This document shows positions 9,539 through 18,880 of a DNA stretch of 56,686 nt, piece by piece. Each line of letters starts with the position of its first letter. Within the stretch, counting starts at the first letter, position 1. This DNA comes from Thermodesulfobacteriota bacterium (lineage in GTDB: Bacteria; DASVDK01). Location: NCBI GenBank assembly GCA_036381125.1, contig DASVDK010000171.1, positions 1-56,686 on the forward strand. The letters are read 5' to 3'. A program made the position numbers and the translations under genes. The notes under the pieces are model-generated. The model had not been told where the DNA came from. It worked only from the letters and a program-made list of their open reading frames with translations, and did no database searches.

Positions 9539-10507
9539 GTGCCACGCATCGCGCTCACGCTCGTCCTCGCGGCGACGATCGCACCGGGCTGGATCGCCGA
9601 CGGGCGTGCAGCCGCCGCCGCGGTCGAGGTAGCCGGCCACCGCGGCGAAGATCGACCTCGGGCGAATGCTCTACTACGACACCCGCCTCTCCAAGGGTCG
9701 GGACGTCTCGTGCAATACCTGTCACCGGCTCGACCGGTACGGCGTCGACGGGCTCCCACGTCCGTCGGCCACCGGGGCCAGCGGGGCAACCGGAACGCGC
9801 CGACCGTGTACAACGCGGCAGGTCACGTGGCGCAGTTCTGGGACGGGCGCGCCCCCGACGTCGAGGAGCAGGCCAAGGGACCGGTGCTGAACGCCGTCGA
9901 GATGGGCATGTCGTCCGACAAGGAGGTCGTCGCCGTCCTCGAGGGGATCCCGGGCTACGTGGAGGCGTTCCGCAAGGCCTTCCCCGGCGAGGCCGACCCG
10001 GTGACGTTCGAGAACATGGCGGCCGCGATCGGCGCCTTCGAGCGCCGCCTCGTGACGCCGTCGCGCTGGGACGCGTTCCTGCGGGGCGACCGCAACGCGC
10101 TCACCGACGAGGAGAAGGCCGGATGCTCGACCTGCCACAACGGCCCCTACCTCGGCGGGACGATGTACATGCGGCTCGGCGTCGTCCGGCCCTGGCCCGA
10201 CAGGTCCGACCCCGGCCGCTTCGCCGTCACGAAGCAGGACGCCGACATGCTGGTCTTCAAGGTGCCGTCGCTCCGCAACATCGAGCGGACCGGCCCCTTC
10301 TTCCACGACGGCTCGATCACGCGGCTCGACCGGGCGGTCAGGATCATGGCCGAGTACCAGCTCGGCAAGAGCGTGACCGACGCGGAGGTCAGGTCGATCA
10401 CCGCCTGGCTCCGGGCGCTCACCGGGACGATCCCGGCCGAGTACATCCAGCCGCCGGCGCTGCCCGGATCGGGCGCGCGGACGACCGAGAAGGGACCGAA
10501 GTCGTAG
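9539..10507 (+). pseudogene. Di-heme cytochrome c peroxidase (CcpA/MauG family), disrupted
   Basis: The segment carrying the first heme motif ([15 protein letters not shown]…SCNTCH, motif at 9711-9725) lies in the +1 frame between two compensating shifts (~9635 and ~9755). [20 protein letters not shown] and FKVPSLRN are in the main frame; the linker before the second heme looks deleted. Confidence 0.8.
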
Positions 10508-10544
10508 GCGACGCCGCCCCGGTCCCCTGCGACCGGCCGGGCTC

Positions 10545-10586
10545 GGGACAGGTCTCGACCGCATGCCGACAGTCGAGACCTGTCCC
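10545..10586. repeat. Inverted repeat GGGACAGGTCTCGAC…GTCGAGACCTGTCCC between convergent genes
   Basis: Perfect 15-bp arms at 10545-10559 and 10572-10586; possible bidirectional terminator or REP-like element. Confidence 0.75.
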
Positions 10587-10618
10587 TCGTCTCGCTCCTC
10601 GCGCCGCGGTGACGCGCT

Positions 10619-11380
10619 CTAGCCGCCGCGCTCCCCCCTCGGCCTCAGCCGCCGCCGGATCGCGTTGCCCACCAGGAGCGGGAGCGCCGCCACGACCTCG
10701 CGCAGCGGCAGGTGCCGGGGGTCGGTCATGTACAGATAGCGCCGGGGGTGGACCACGGCGAGCGGCAGGGCGCCGCCGCGCTCCCGCTCGCGTGCGAGCG
10801 CGGGGTACTCGGCCAGGCGGTCCTCCCGGACGTAGAGGAGCGTGTTCTGCGCGTACCACGTGGCGACCCTCGGGTTGCGCCAGACGCGCTCGCGCACGCC
10901 GTCGATCGCCACGTAGCCCCGCTGCCGGAACTGCTCCGCCCAGTAGTCCTGCCAGCGTTCGTTGACGTGCCCCGTGCCGCCCTGGCGGGGGATCGCGGCG
11001 GAGAAGCAGATGCAGGGGCCGAGTCGCGCGAGCGTGGCGAGGAACGTCTCCGCGTGCGCGGGCGGGATGTGCTCGGCGACCTCGAGCGACAGGACGAGGT
11101 CGAACTGCCGATCGAGCCGAAACGGAGTCGTGAGGTCGTGGCGGCGGAACGAGGCCTCCGGGATCTCGAGCAGCCGCGTGTCGACGTAGTCGCCGTCGAT
11201 GCCGAGCGTGTCGCTCACTCCGTGGTCGCGGAAGACCGAGAGCCAGGTACCGACGCCGCACCCGACGTCCACGACGCTTCGGGGTCGCACGAGCCGCATC
11301 AGCAGCGGCACGACCTCTCGCGCCGACTCGCGCGAGCGCTCTCGCTGGTCCCCGTAGAAGTGGTCCGTGTACACGCGCAT
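10619..11380 (-). CDS. Class I SAM-dependent methyltransferase
   Basis: VVDVGCGVGTWL, FDLVLSLEVAEH and GHVNE motifs. Confidence 0.88.
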   Translation of the reverse strand: MRVYTDHFYGDQRERSRESAREVVPLLMRLVRPRSVVDVGCGVGTWLSVFRDHGVSDTLGIDGDYVDTRLLEIPEASFRRHDLTTPFRLDRQFDLVLSLEVAEHIPPAHAETFLATLARLGPCICFSAAIPRQGGTGHVNERWQDYWAEQFRQRGYVAIDGVRERVWRNPRVATWYAQNTLLYVREDRLAEYPALARERERGGALPLAVVHPRRYLYMTDPRHLPLREVVAALPLLVGNAIRRRLRPRGERGG

Positions 11381-11727
11381 GCCGGGCCCCGTGCGACGGC
11401 ACGTCCGGGCCGCCCCGCACGGTCATTATGCGCGCATCCGCCGGCGCCGCGCGTGGCCGATCCTCCCGCCCCGTCAGGGCGGACCCATGGGCGAACGGAT
11501 GGTTCCCGGGGTGGAGTGGGGCTGCCGGCCGAGGAGAGGAAGCGCCGCCTGCACGGGTCGATCGGAGGGAGTCGTCGAGCTGACGCCAGCGCGGCGCTCT
11601 CAGGGGCGCCGCGGCTCGAGACGCTCCCGGCCTCGACGCCTCACCGTATCGGACGCCCGGCGGCATGGCGCCGGGGGGCCGGATGTCGCCGAATCGCTCG
11701 GCGCTCGACGCGGCCCTGGCGCGTTGC

Positions 11728-12519
11728 CTACCGGCTCTCGTTGCTCATCTTGCCCAGCCACATGGACATGCGGACCGCGCCGGCCGCCCGGATGTGCCGT
11801 CGAGCCGCCCGTTCGGCCTCGTCCGGATCGCGATCGGCGATCGCCTGCACGATGGCGGCAATCTCCGCCTGGCCGGCCTTGATCCGCCCCGGAACCGCGT
11901 AGGTCGTCCTGCCCAGCAACGAGACCGCATCCTGCAGCACGTTCAGGGCCTTCAGCAAGTAGACGTTGTGGGCCGCTTCGGCGATGGCCCTGTCGATCTG
12001 CCGGTCATTGAAGGACGCCTGCTCCGGCGTCTTGACCCAGCCGTGTTGCGCCGCCAGATGCTTGAGCGATTCGATCTCCAGGTCGGAGGCATGCTCCGCC
12101 GCGAAGCGCGCCGCAGCCGCCGCCAGCACCTCACGCATCGCGTACAGGTCCGCCACCTGACTCGCGGAGAGTTCCGCCACCGTCAGGCCCTTCGGCTGCG
12201 AGAAGGCGGCCAACCCGTCCGACTGGAGACGCTTGAGCGCCTCGCGTACGGGCGTCCGGCTCACGTGCAGTCGCCTGGCGATCTCCGCCTCGCGCAGCCG
12301 GTCACCCGGAGCAAGCTTGCCTTCCCGGATCTCGGCTCGCAGCGCCGCGTAGACGATCTCGCCGCGCGACGATGCCCCGCGGGTGTCGTTGCGCCCCGCC
12401 GCAAGACTCTTTGCCGTCGCCGCACCCCCTCGCGCCTTCGACATCACCGTTTTCTTCTGACGTTTCGCCGCACGACTCGCAGCCTCCCGTGTCGTACCGT
12501 TCACACCCGCGGGGCTCAC
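11728..12519 (-). CDS. GntR (FadR/FCD) family transcriptional regulator
   Basis: wHTH LAPGDRLREAEIARRLHVSRTPVREAL plus an FCD-like C-terminus; alternative start at 12444. Confidence 0.9.
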   Translation of the reverse strand: MSPAGVNGTTREAASRAAKRQKKTVMSKARGGAATAKSLAAGRNDTRGASSRGEIVYAALRAEIREGKLAPGDRLREAEIARRLHVSRTPVREALKRLQSDGLAAFSQPKGLTVAELSASQVADLYAMREVLAAAAARFAAEHASDLEIESLKHLAAQHGWVKTPEQASFNDRQIDRAIAEAAHNVYLLKALNVLQDAVSLLGRTTYAVPGRIKAGQAEIAAIVQAIADRDPDEAERAARRHIRAAGAVRMSMWLGKMSNESR

Positions 12520-12595
12520 TGGCTCAACTCCAACGCCCGTGTCATCGTCACGCGGACCTGTCGACGCGAAGTCCGCCGAGGGGCCGAGTTCCCGT

Positions 12596-13999
12596 TCACT
12601 CGGCCACCAGTGACGTCAGAACCGTAATGTCCTCGACGCGCTCCATCCGGTCGACGACCTCGATGATGCCGTCCTGGCGCCGCCGGTCGAGCTTGCCGTC
12701 ACACAGGCGCCGGAACTTCCTCTCGAGCTCGGCCGGCGTCAGCGGCCGCTGCGGCGAGCCATGCGGGTACTCGACCGAGCCCTCGTGCACCGTCCCATCC
12801 TTCATCCGCACCCTCACACGAGCCGGCCACTTCCCGGCGTTCTGCATCCGGTCCATTTCCGGATCCGCGATCACCTTCACCCTGGCCGCGACCTCGAGCG
12901 TGACGGGATTCTCGAGGGCCGCCTGCGTGTACTGGCTCAGAAACACCTCGCCGTGCACGAGCGCCGTCGCGAGCGTGAAGGGCAAGCTCATCTGCGCCTT
13001 GCTGTACGACGGCGGTCGATACAGTGTCGCCTGGTCGTCGCCGCCGATGTACGCGTGCATCGAGGGCACGTACGCCTCGATGCTCTCCACACCGCCTGCC
13101 TCGATCGACTGCCGCGCGGTGATCGACTGCAGCGCATCCACGGCCGAGGCGATCGCGTGGGTTCCGTTGTGGTACTTGACGGCAACGTCCATGATCTGGA
13201 AGCCGGTGTACAGGCCATCGACCAGTGCCTCCGCCGAGTAACGGTCGGCATCGGAGTACGCACGCAGGAAGCCGTCGCGGCCCTCGAAGATCGTGTGCGG
13301 ACCGGTCAGTCCCTGTTCCGCGAAGAGCGCCGCAAGGATCCCATCGTGCGCCGCCTTGCCGGGATGGGTCCGGAACGTGTCCGCACCCACCGGACCGGTG
13401 ATCGACTCGATGACCCCCGAGGCCGAGCTCGCCGCATGGCCGAGGGCGTTGGCCGTGTCGGCCCCGGACAGGCCGAGCGCCCGTGCGGCAATCGCCGCCG
13501 CTCCGAACACGCCGCAGGTGCTCGTGGCGTGAAACCCCTTCTTGTGATGCACCATTGCCGGCTTCGAGTTGATCGCCGCGGCGATCCGCCCCGCGATTTC
13601 ATAGCCGAGAACCACCAGCAGGAGCGTCGTGCGCCCGTCCAGCGCCTGTCGTTCCCCGATGGCCAGTGCGGCCGGAACGACGACCGGGCCGCAATGAACG
13701 ACGGTCTTCAGTATCGTATCGGTGAAGTCGTTGCTGTGACACAGCGTTCCATTCGCGAGCGCCGCCAGGTGCGCCGGCAGGCGATGGCCGCCCCGCAGGG
13801 TCCGTGCCTCCGGAGCGCCGCCGATCTTGCCGACCACGGCCAGCACGGCCCGTGACGCCGGCGAGTCCGCCCCCCCGATTGCCAGGCCGACGTTGTCGAG
13901 GACCGCCGCCTTTGCCCTCGACACGACCTCCGGCGGCAGGTCCTCGTAGCGGATGGTGCAAATGTAATCGGCGAGCCGATCTGCATGATACCGCTGCAT
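12596..13999 (-). CDS. MmgE/PrpD family protein (copy 1)
   Basis: AALANGTLCHSNDFTD…VHCG, GFHATSTCG, IFEGRDGF and PHGSPQRP motifs; GGAGG before the ATG at 13999. Confidence 0.9.
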   Translation of the reverse strand: MQRYHADRLADYICTIRYEDLPPEVVSRAKAAVLDNVGLAIGGADSPASRAVLAVVGKIGGAPEARTLRGGHRLPAHLAALANGTLCHSNDFTDTILKTVVHCGPVVVPAALAIGERQALDGRTTLLLVVLGYEIAGRIAAAINSKPAMVHHKKGFHATSTCGVFGAAAIAARALGLSGADTANALGHAASSASGVIESITGPVGADTFRTHPGKAAHDGILAALFAEQGLTGPHTIFEGRDGFLRAYSDADRYSAEALVDGLYTGFQIMDVAVKYHNGTHAIASAVDALQSITARQSIEAGGVESIEAYVPSMHAYIGGDDQATLYRPPSYSKAQMSLPFTLATALVHGEVFLSQYTQAALENPVTLEVAARVKVIADPEMDRMQNAGKWPARVRVRMKDGTVHEGSVEYPHGSPQRPLTPAELERKFRRLCDGKLDRRRQDGIIEVVDRMERVEDITVLTSLVAE

Positions 14000-14056
14000 G
14001 ACTGGCCTCCAGACTCCGAAGGACGACGGCACGCGGCCGGCGCGAACACGCGCGGA

Positions 14057-15490
14057 TCACGCTCCCGGGGACACGCTCCGTGTCAGCACGGTCGTCAGCC
14101 GGTTCAGGTTCGGCAGCCTCTCGAGGTCGTGAATCAGGCCGATCACATCGCGGCTGGCCGCCGCCGGCAGGATGCCGTCGGCACACTCGTGAAACTTGGC
14201 CTCCAGATCGGCCCACGTCGCGGGCTCCTCGGGGTAGCCGCGTGCGTGCGACCTCGTCGTGGAGAACTGAGTGCCGTCGTGCAGTGTGATGCGCAGGCGC
14301 GTTTCGCCCCACGAGACGTTGTTCTCGCCCCACGTTCCCCTGTGCCGCTCGAAGTCCTCCGGCACCGACACGTTCACCTTCTGCATCAAGGCCTGGACGT
14401 CGGGCTGCCGGACCCGAGCGTCCGTGAACTGCGCGATGCCCGCGGCCTTGTCGATCAAGGCGACCGCCATCATGTACCGCAGGCAGAACTTCGCCCGGTG
14501 CGAATTGGGCGCATCGTGATAGCAGGCGATCGTCATGCACTCGCGCGTCACTTCCAGGTCGATACGCGCGATGGACTCGGGCTCGGGCCCGTGACGACGG
14601 GCGAGGTCGAGCATCGCATCGATGGCGGACTGCGCCGGCGTCGACGTGGGATGGAGACGAACCACGGTCCGGCCGTGGTCGAGTTCCCAGTCCTGCCCGA
14701 GCGCCTCGGTCATACGGCCCATGTCGTAGTTGCCGATCCCGCAGAACGTCTCGACCAGCCCGAAGCGCTCGTGGCCCTTGCCGTCGCCTTCGCCCTCGAT
14801 GGCATCCGGGTCCACCTGGTAGCCTCGCTGAGCGAGCATGGCGGCAAAGACGCCGCAGCGCGAGCCGTGGCCGTGGTGAAACGCCTTGCCCATCGACCCG
14901 ACGTTCTTTCTCACGCCCGAGCCCTGCGATACCGCCAGGCCGAGCGCCATGCGCGTCTTCGGCACGTCCAGGCGGAACAGCCGCGCGCATGCGGCGCTCA
15001 CCCCCAGCGCCCCGGTGATGGCATTCGGGTGCCACCCGTGATTGAACAGGTGGGGCGCCATGCCTCGACCGATGCGCGCACCGACCTCGAAGCCGACCGC
15101 GAACGCCGCGAGAAGATCGCGCCCGCTCGCGCCGACTTCCTCGGCCACCGGCAGCGACCCCGGAAGCACGCACGCGCTCAGGTGCGTGTAGGCCCGCGGC
15201 GAGAAGTCACAGTATTCGTACGCGTGCGCAGCCACCCCGTTGACGAAGGCGGCCAGCGGGCTCGAGGAGCGGTCCGGATGCCCGACGATGGACGCCGTGG
15301 GGTTGCCGCCCATGTGTCGCACCAGCTCGAGCGCGATCATCGTCGCGGAATGTCGCGCGCCGGCCACCATGACCGCCAGCGTGTCGAGGATGCGCATCTT
15401 CGCCGACTCGATCACCGACACCGGCAGCCCGGCAACGTCCGTCTCGATGGACAGCCGTGCCAGCTTCTCCGTTACGCCCAGTCTGCTCAT
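14057..15490 (-). CDS. MmgE/PrpD family protein (copy 2)
   Basis: AAFVNGVAAHAYEYCD…TH, GWHPNAITG, MGKAFHHG and ARGYPEEP motifs; RBS before MSRLGVTEK. Confidence 0.9.
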   Translation of the reverse strand: MSRLGVTEKLARLSIETDVAGLPVSVIESAKMRILDTLAVMVAGARHSATMIALELVRHMGGNPTASIVGHPDRSSSPLAAFVNGVAAHAYEYCDFSPRAYTHLSACVLPGSLPVAEEVGASGRDLLAAFAVGFEVGARIGRGMAPHLFNHGWHPNAITGALGVSAACARLFRLDVPKTRMALGLAVSQGSGVRKNVGSMGKAFHHGHGSRCGVFAAMLAQRGYQVDPDAIEGEGDGKGHERFGLVETFCGIGNYDMGRMTEALGQDWELDHGRTVVRLHPTSTPAQSAIDAMLDLARRHGPEPESIARIDLEVTRECMTIACYHDAPNSHRAKFCLRYMMAVALIDKAAGIAQFTDARVRQPDVQALMQKVNVSVPEDFERHRGTWGENNVSWGETRLRITLHDGTQFSTTRSHARGYPEEPATWADLEAKFHECADGILPAAASRDVIGLIHDLERLPNLNRLTTVLTRSVSPGA

Positions 15491-16014
15491 GCCTCCCCTC
15501 TCACCCGTCCAGGGACACCCGAGACCCGCTGTCCGCGTCGTGCGACACGTGGTGAAGCGCTCATCACACACGGGAGTCTGCCGACCGCCCGCCGGCCGGC
15601 GGTGTGATTCCGCCCCGGCAGGTGCCGGGCGGCGTCCCCGCGCGGCCTGCGAAGCCCGGGAGGCACAGGTGCGGCCCCTCGACGGGATGCCGAGGATCGC
15701 GCGCCCGGGCTCTCCCTCGTGGCAACCCCGCGAGTGCCCCCGGCATACCTTCGGCGGCCGCGTCCGACACCCGAGTCCAGCCGCACCCGTGCGGCCGAGG
15801 CCTGCCGTCCTCCAACGCGATCTCGATGCGCCTTGCGGATCGAGTCGGCCCGCCGTGCCGTCGCGGGCGGGAAAGACCGCGCGTGCCGACCAGCCCATCG
15901 GCCGCGCTCCGGGTCGAGGGCACGGCGGCGCCCGGCCCGGCTCCTCCCGGTGACCGGAGACCGGGGCCGCGGCGTCCTGCGAGGCTACCTGCGGTTCCGC
16001 TTCGCAGGCACGGC

Positions 16015-17427
16015 CTACCAGGCGATGGTCAAGAGCCGCTCCTCCAGCATCTCGCGCACGGCATAGCGCGGCCCCTCCCGTCCGTGGCCGCTGTCCTTGA
16101 CGCCGCCGAACGGCATGACGTCGACACGCGAACTCGAGGTCTCGTTGATGTGGACGCCTCCGAACTTGAGCTTGCGTACCGCGTTCATCGCGATCGAGAC
16201 GTCCTTCGTGAACACCCCGACGGCAAGCCCGAACGGCGTGCCGTTGGCTTCTTCATAGGCGGCCTCGACGTCGTCGAACTCGACGACGGACACGACCGGT
16301 CCGAAGATCTCTTCCGTGCACACGCGCATCGTCCGCCTGACGTTGCGCAGGATCGTCGGCTGAAAGACGGCGCCGTCCCGCCGGCCCCCCGTCAGGACTT
16401 CCGCGCCCTCCCGCACCGCCTCGGCGACCCACTGCTCGACCCGCATGGCCTGGGCTTCGCTGATCATCGGCCCGACGTCCGTGCCGTCGATCGTCGGGTC
16501 GCCGACCTTGAGCCTCTTCGTCTTCTCCACCAGCAGTTCCGTGAACTCGGCCGCGCACGAGCGATGCACCAGGACGCGTTGAACGGAGGTGCAGACCTGG
16601 CCGGCCTTGCGGAAGCCGGCGGCGACGATCTTGCTGCTCGCGAGCGCCAGGTCGGCGTCGGCACAGACGATCGTGCTCGAGATGCTGCCCAGTTCGAGCT
16701 GCGTGCCCCGCAGTCCCGCGGCACGCTGAATCTCCTTGCCGACGCGGGTGCTGCCCGTGAAGGAGTAGAAGGCGATCCTCTGGTCCGCCAGAAGCGCGGG
16801 ACCGATCGAGGCCCCTGGCCCGTGCAGGAGCGACAGCAACCCCGGCGGCAGCCCGGCATCGAGCAGCGCCCGGCACAGCGCCACGGCGGTCAGCGGCGTG
16901 TACTCGGACGGTTTGACGATCACCGCGTTGCCGGCCGCCAGCGCGGGCGCCACCTTGTGCGCCACGCCGTTGAGCGGCGCGTTGTACGGCGTGATGGCGC
17001 AGACGACGCCTCGGGGCACCAGGACCGTGAAGCCGACCCGGTTGCCGAGCCCCGGCGTCGCGTCCAGCGGCACGACCTCGCCCGCGATCCGCCGCGCCTC
17101 GTCCGCCGACAGTCGCAACGTCTGAACGCAGCGTCGGACTTCGCTTTCCGAGTCGCCCCTGGGGAAGCCGGTCTCGGCGGTGATCAGCGCCAACAGCTCG
17201 GGACGACGCTCGGCGATCAGCCCTGCCGCCTTCAGCAAGATCTCGTAGCGCTCGGTCGGCGAAAGGCGAATGGCGGCAAACGCCTCGGTTGCGTGCGTCA
17301 CCGCACGCGTCACGTCGGCCGGCGTGGCGACCGCCATCTCCCCGATCTGGTGGCCCCGATACCGGTCGTAGAGCGCTTCGACCGTCGGTCCCGCTTCCCA
17401 TTTCCCGCCAATCAACAGCTTCGACAT
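16015..17427 (-). CDS. Aldehyde dehydrogenase family protein
   Basis: ITPYNAP, FTGSTRVG, LELG, GQVCTS, EEIFGPV and PFGGVKDSG motifs. Confidence 0.95.
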   Translation of the reverse strand: MSKLLIGGKWEAGPTVEALYDRYRGHQIGEMAVATPADVTRAVTHATEAFAAIRLSPTERYEILLKAAGLIAERRPELLALITAETGFPRGDSESEVRRCVQTLRLSADEARRIAGEVVPLDATPGLGNRVGFTVLVPRGVVCAITPYNAPLNGVAHKVAPALAAGNAVIVKPSEYTPLTAVALCRALLDAGLPPGLLSLLHGPGASIGPALLADQRIAFYSFTGSTRVGKEIQRAAGLRGTQLELGSISSTIVCADADLALASSKIVAAGFRKAGQVCTSVQRVLVHRSCAAEFTELLVEKTKRLKVGDPTIDGTDVGPMISEAQAMRVEQWVAEAVREGAEVLTGGRRDGAVFQPTILRNVRRTMRVCTEEIFGPVVSVVEFDDVEAAYEEANGTPFGLAVGVFTKDVSIAMNAVRKLKFGGVHINETSSSRVDVMPFGGVKDSGHGREGPRYAVREMLEERLLTIAW

Positions 17428-17488
17428 GTCCGTCAGCGCTCTCCCGCTCTCCAGTGCACGGACCCGCGGCAGACGCCGCACCCGCCGC

Positions 17489-18832
17489 TCACTGCGCACT
17501 CACGGCCGAAAACGCCTCGTCGAAGGCACGCAGCGACGCCTCCACCTGTTCGCCGGTGATGACGAGCGGCGGCGTGATGCGAATCACCGACCCGTTGACG
17601 CCCGTGGTGGACACGAGCACCTTCCGGCGCCGCAGCTCCTCGTGGATCTTCTTCGTGAACGCGGGGTTCGGCTCCCGCGTCTCGCGGCTGCGCACCAGTT
17701 CGACCCCGATCATGAGGCCGAGCCCCCGCACGTCGCCGATCACCCGGTGCTTCCGCGCCAGCGCCTGCAGGCCTTCCATGAACTGCTCGCCACGCACCCT
17801 GGCCTTCTCGGCGAGGTTCTCCTCCTTCATCACGCGCAGCACGGCAAGGCCCGCGGCGACGCCCACCTGATTGTTCGGTCCGAACGTGGTGAAGTGGTCA
17901 CCCTCGTCGAAGGCCACGCTGATCGGCTCCTTCGCCATGAACCCTCCCAGCGGAAGCCCGCCGCCGATGGCCTTGGCGAAGGTGACGATGTCGGGCGAGA
18001 CGTCCCAATGCTGGTACGCGAAGGTCTTGCCGGTTCTTCCCCATCCCGAGAAGACCTCGTCCAGGATGAGCACGATCCCGTGCTTCGCGCAGATTTCCGC
18101 GACCTTCGGCCAGTAGTCCCTGGGCGGCGGGAAGACGCCGCCGACGCAGATCACGGACTCGGAAATGAGGATGGCCGCGTCACCGGGCACCCGGGTCTTG
18201 AGCGCCTCCTCGACGCCGTCGGCACACTTCAGGCCGCAATGGGAGCCCGGACTCGTGTTCTTGTAGGACAGCGGGCACCGGTAGCAATACGGGGGCTGCA
18301 CGTGCACCACGCCCGGAAACGACGAGTACGGCCCGAACCCCTTCTTCCGGCCCGCATTGCCCGTAAGGCTCAGCGGCAGCGCGGTGCGGCCGTGGAAACC
18401 GTGCTCCATCGCGATGATCCCGAAGCCTTGCTTGCCCGTCCGCGTCGCGTACCGGAGGCCGAGCTTCACCGCCCCGTCGTTCGCCTCGGCGCCGCTGTTG
18501 ACGAAGAAGACGCGGCTCAGCTGACCGCCCGTCTGCTCCGTGATCTCGGTCGCCAACCTCGAGGTCAGGCGGCTGTGGTATCGTCCCGGGCCCTGCATCA
18601 GGCGGCCCGCCTGATCCCGGATCGCCTCGACCACTTTCGGATGGCAATGGCCGACGGACAGGACCCCCGGCCCGGCTTCCAGGTCGATGTAGCGCGCGCC
18701 CTCGTCGTCGGTGACCTCGGCCCCCTGCCCGGACACGATGACCGGGCGCGACATCATCGGGCCGGGAATCAGGTGCGTGGCAAGTTCGTCCCGCGCGTTG
18801 GCGGGCTGCGGATTCTCCGGCATGGCTGTCAT
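17489..18832 (-). CDS. Class III (omega-amino acid type) PLP aminotransferase
   Basis: NSGAEAN, FHGRT, DEVFSGWGRTG, DIVTFAKAIGGG and HFTTFG motifs. Confidence 0.93.
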   Translation of the reverse strand: MTAMPENPQPANARDELATHLIPGPMMSRPVIVSGQGAEVTDDEGARYIDLEAGPGVLSVGHCHPKVVEAIRDQAGRLMQGPGRYHSRLTSRLATEITEQTGGQLSRVFFVNSGAEANDGAVKLGLRYATRTGKQGFGIIAMEHGFHGRTALPLSLTGNAGRKKGFGPYSSFPGVVHVQPPYCYRCPLSYKNTSPGSHCGLKCADGVEEALKTRVPGDAAILISESVICVGGVFPPPRDYWPKVAEICAKHGIVLILDEVFSGWGRTGKTFAYQHWDVSPDIVTFAKAIGGGLPLGGFMAKEPISVAFDEGDHFTTFGPNNQVGVAAGLAVLRVMKEENLAEKARVRGEQFMEGLQALARKHRVIGDVRGLGLMIGVELVRSRETREPNPAFTKKIHEELRRRKVLVSTTGVNGSVIRITPPLVITGEQVEASLRAFDEAFSAVSAQ

Positions 18833-18880
18833 CGCGTGTCCCCACTTCGTCTGCCGCGGCCGCCTGCGCGAGCGCCGCGT

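Noticed and set aside
11530-11610. Glycine riboswitch (GGAGAG…CTCTCAGG)
   Set aside because: The central GCCGAAG element is missing and no suitably oriented downstream gene exists.
11660-11690. Distal att duplicate of the tRNA-Leu(CAG) 3' end (TGGCGCCGGGGGGCCGG)
   Set aside because: Too degenerate relative to TGGTGCCGAAGGCGGG; I found no convincing att duplicate for either island, so the outer boundaries are undefined.
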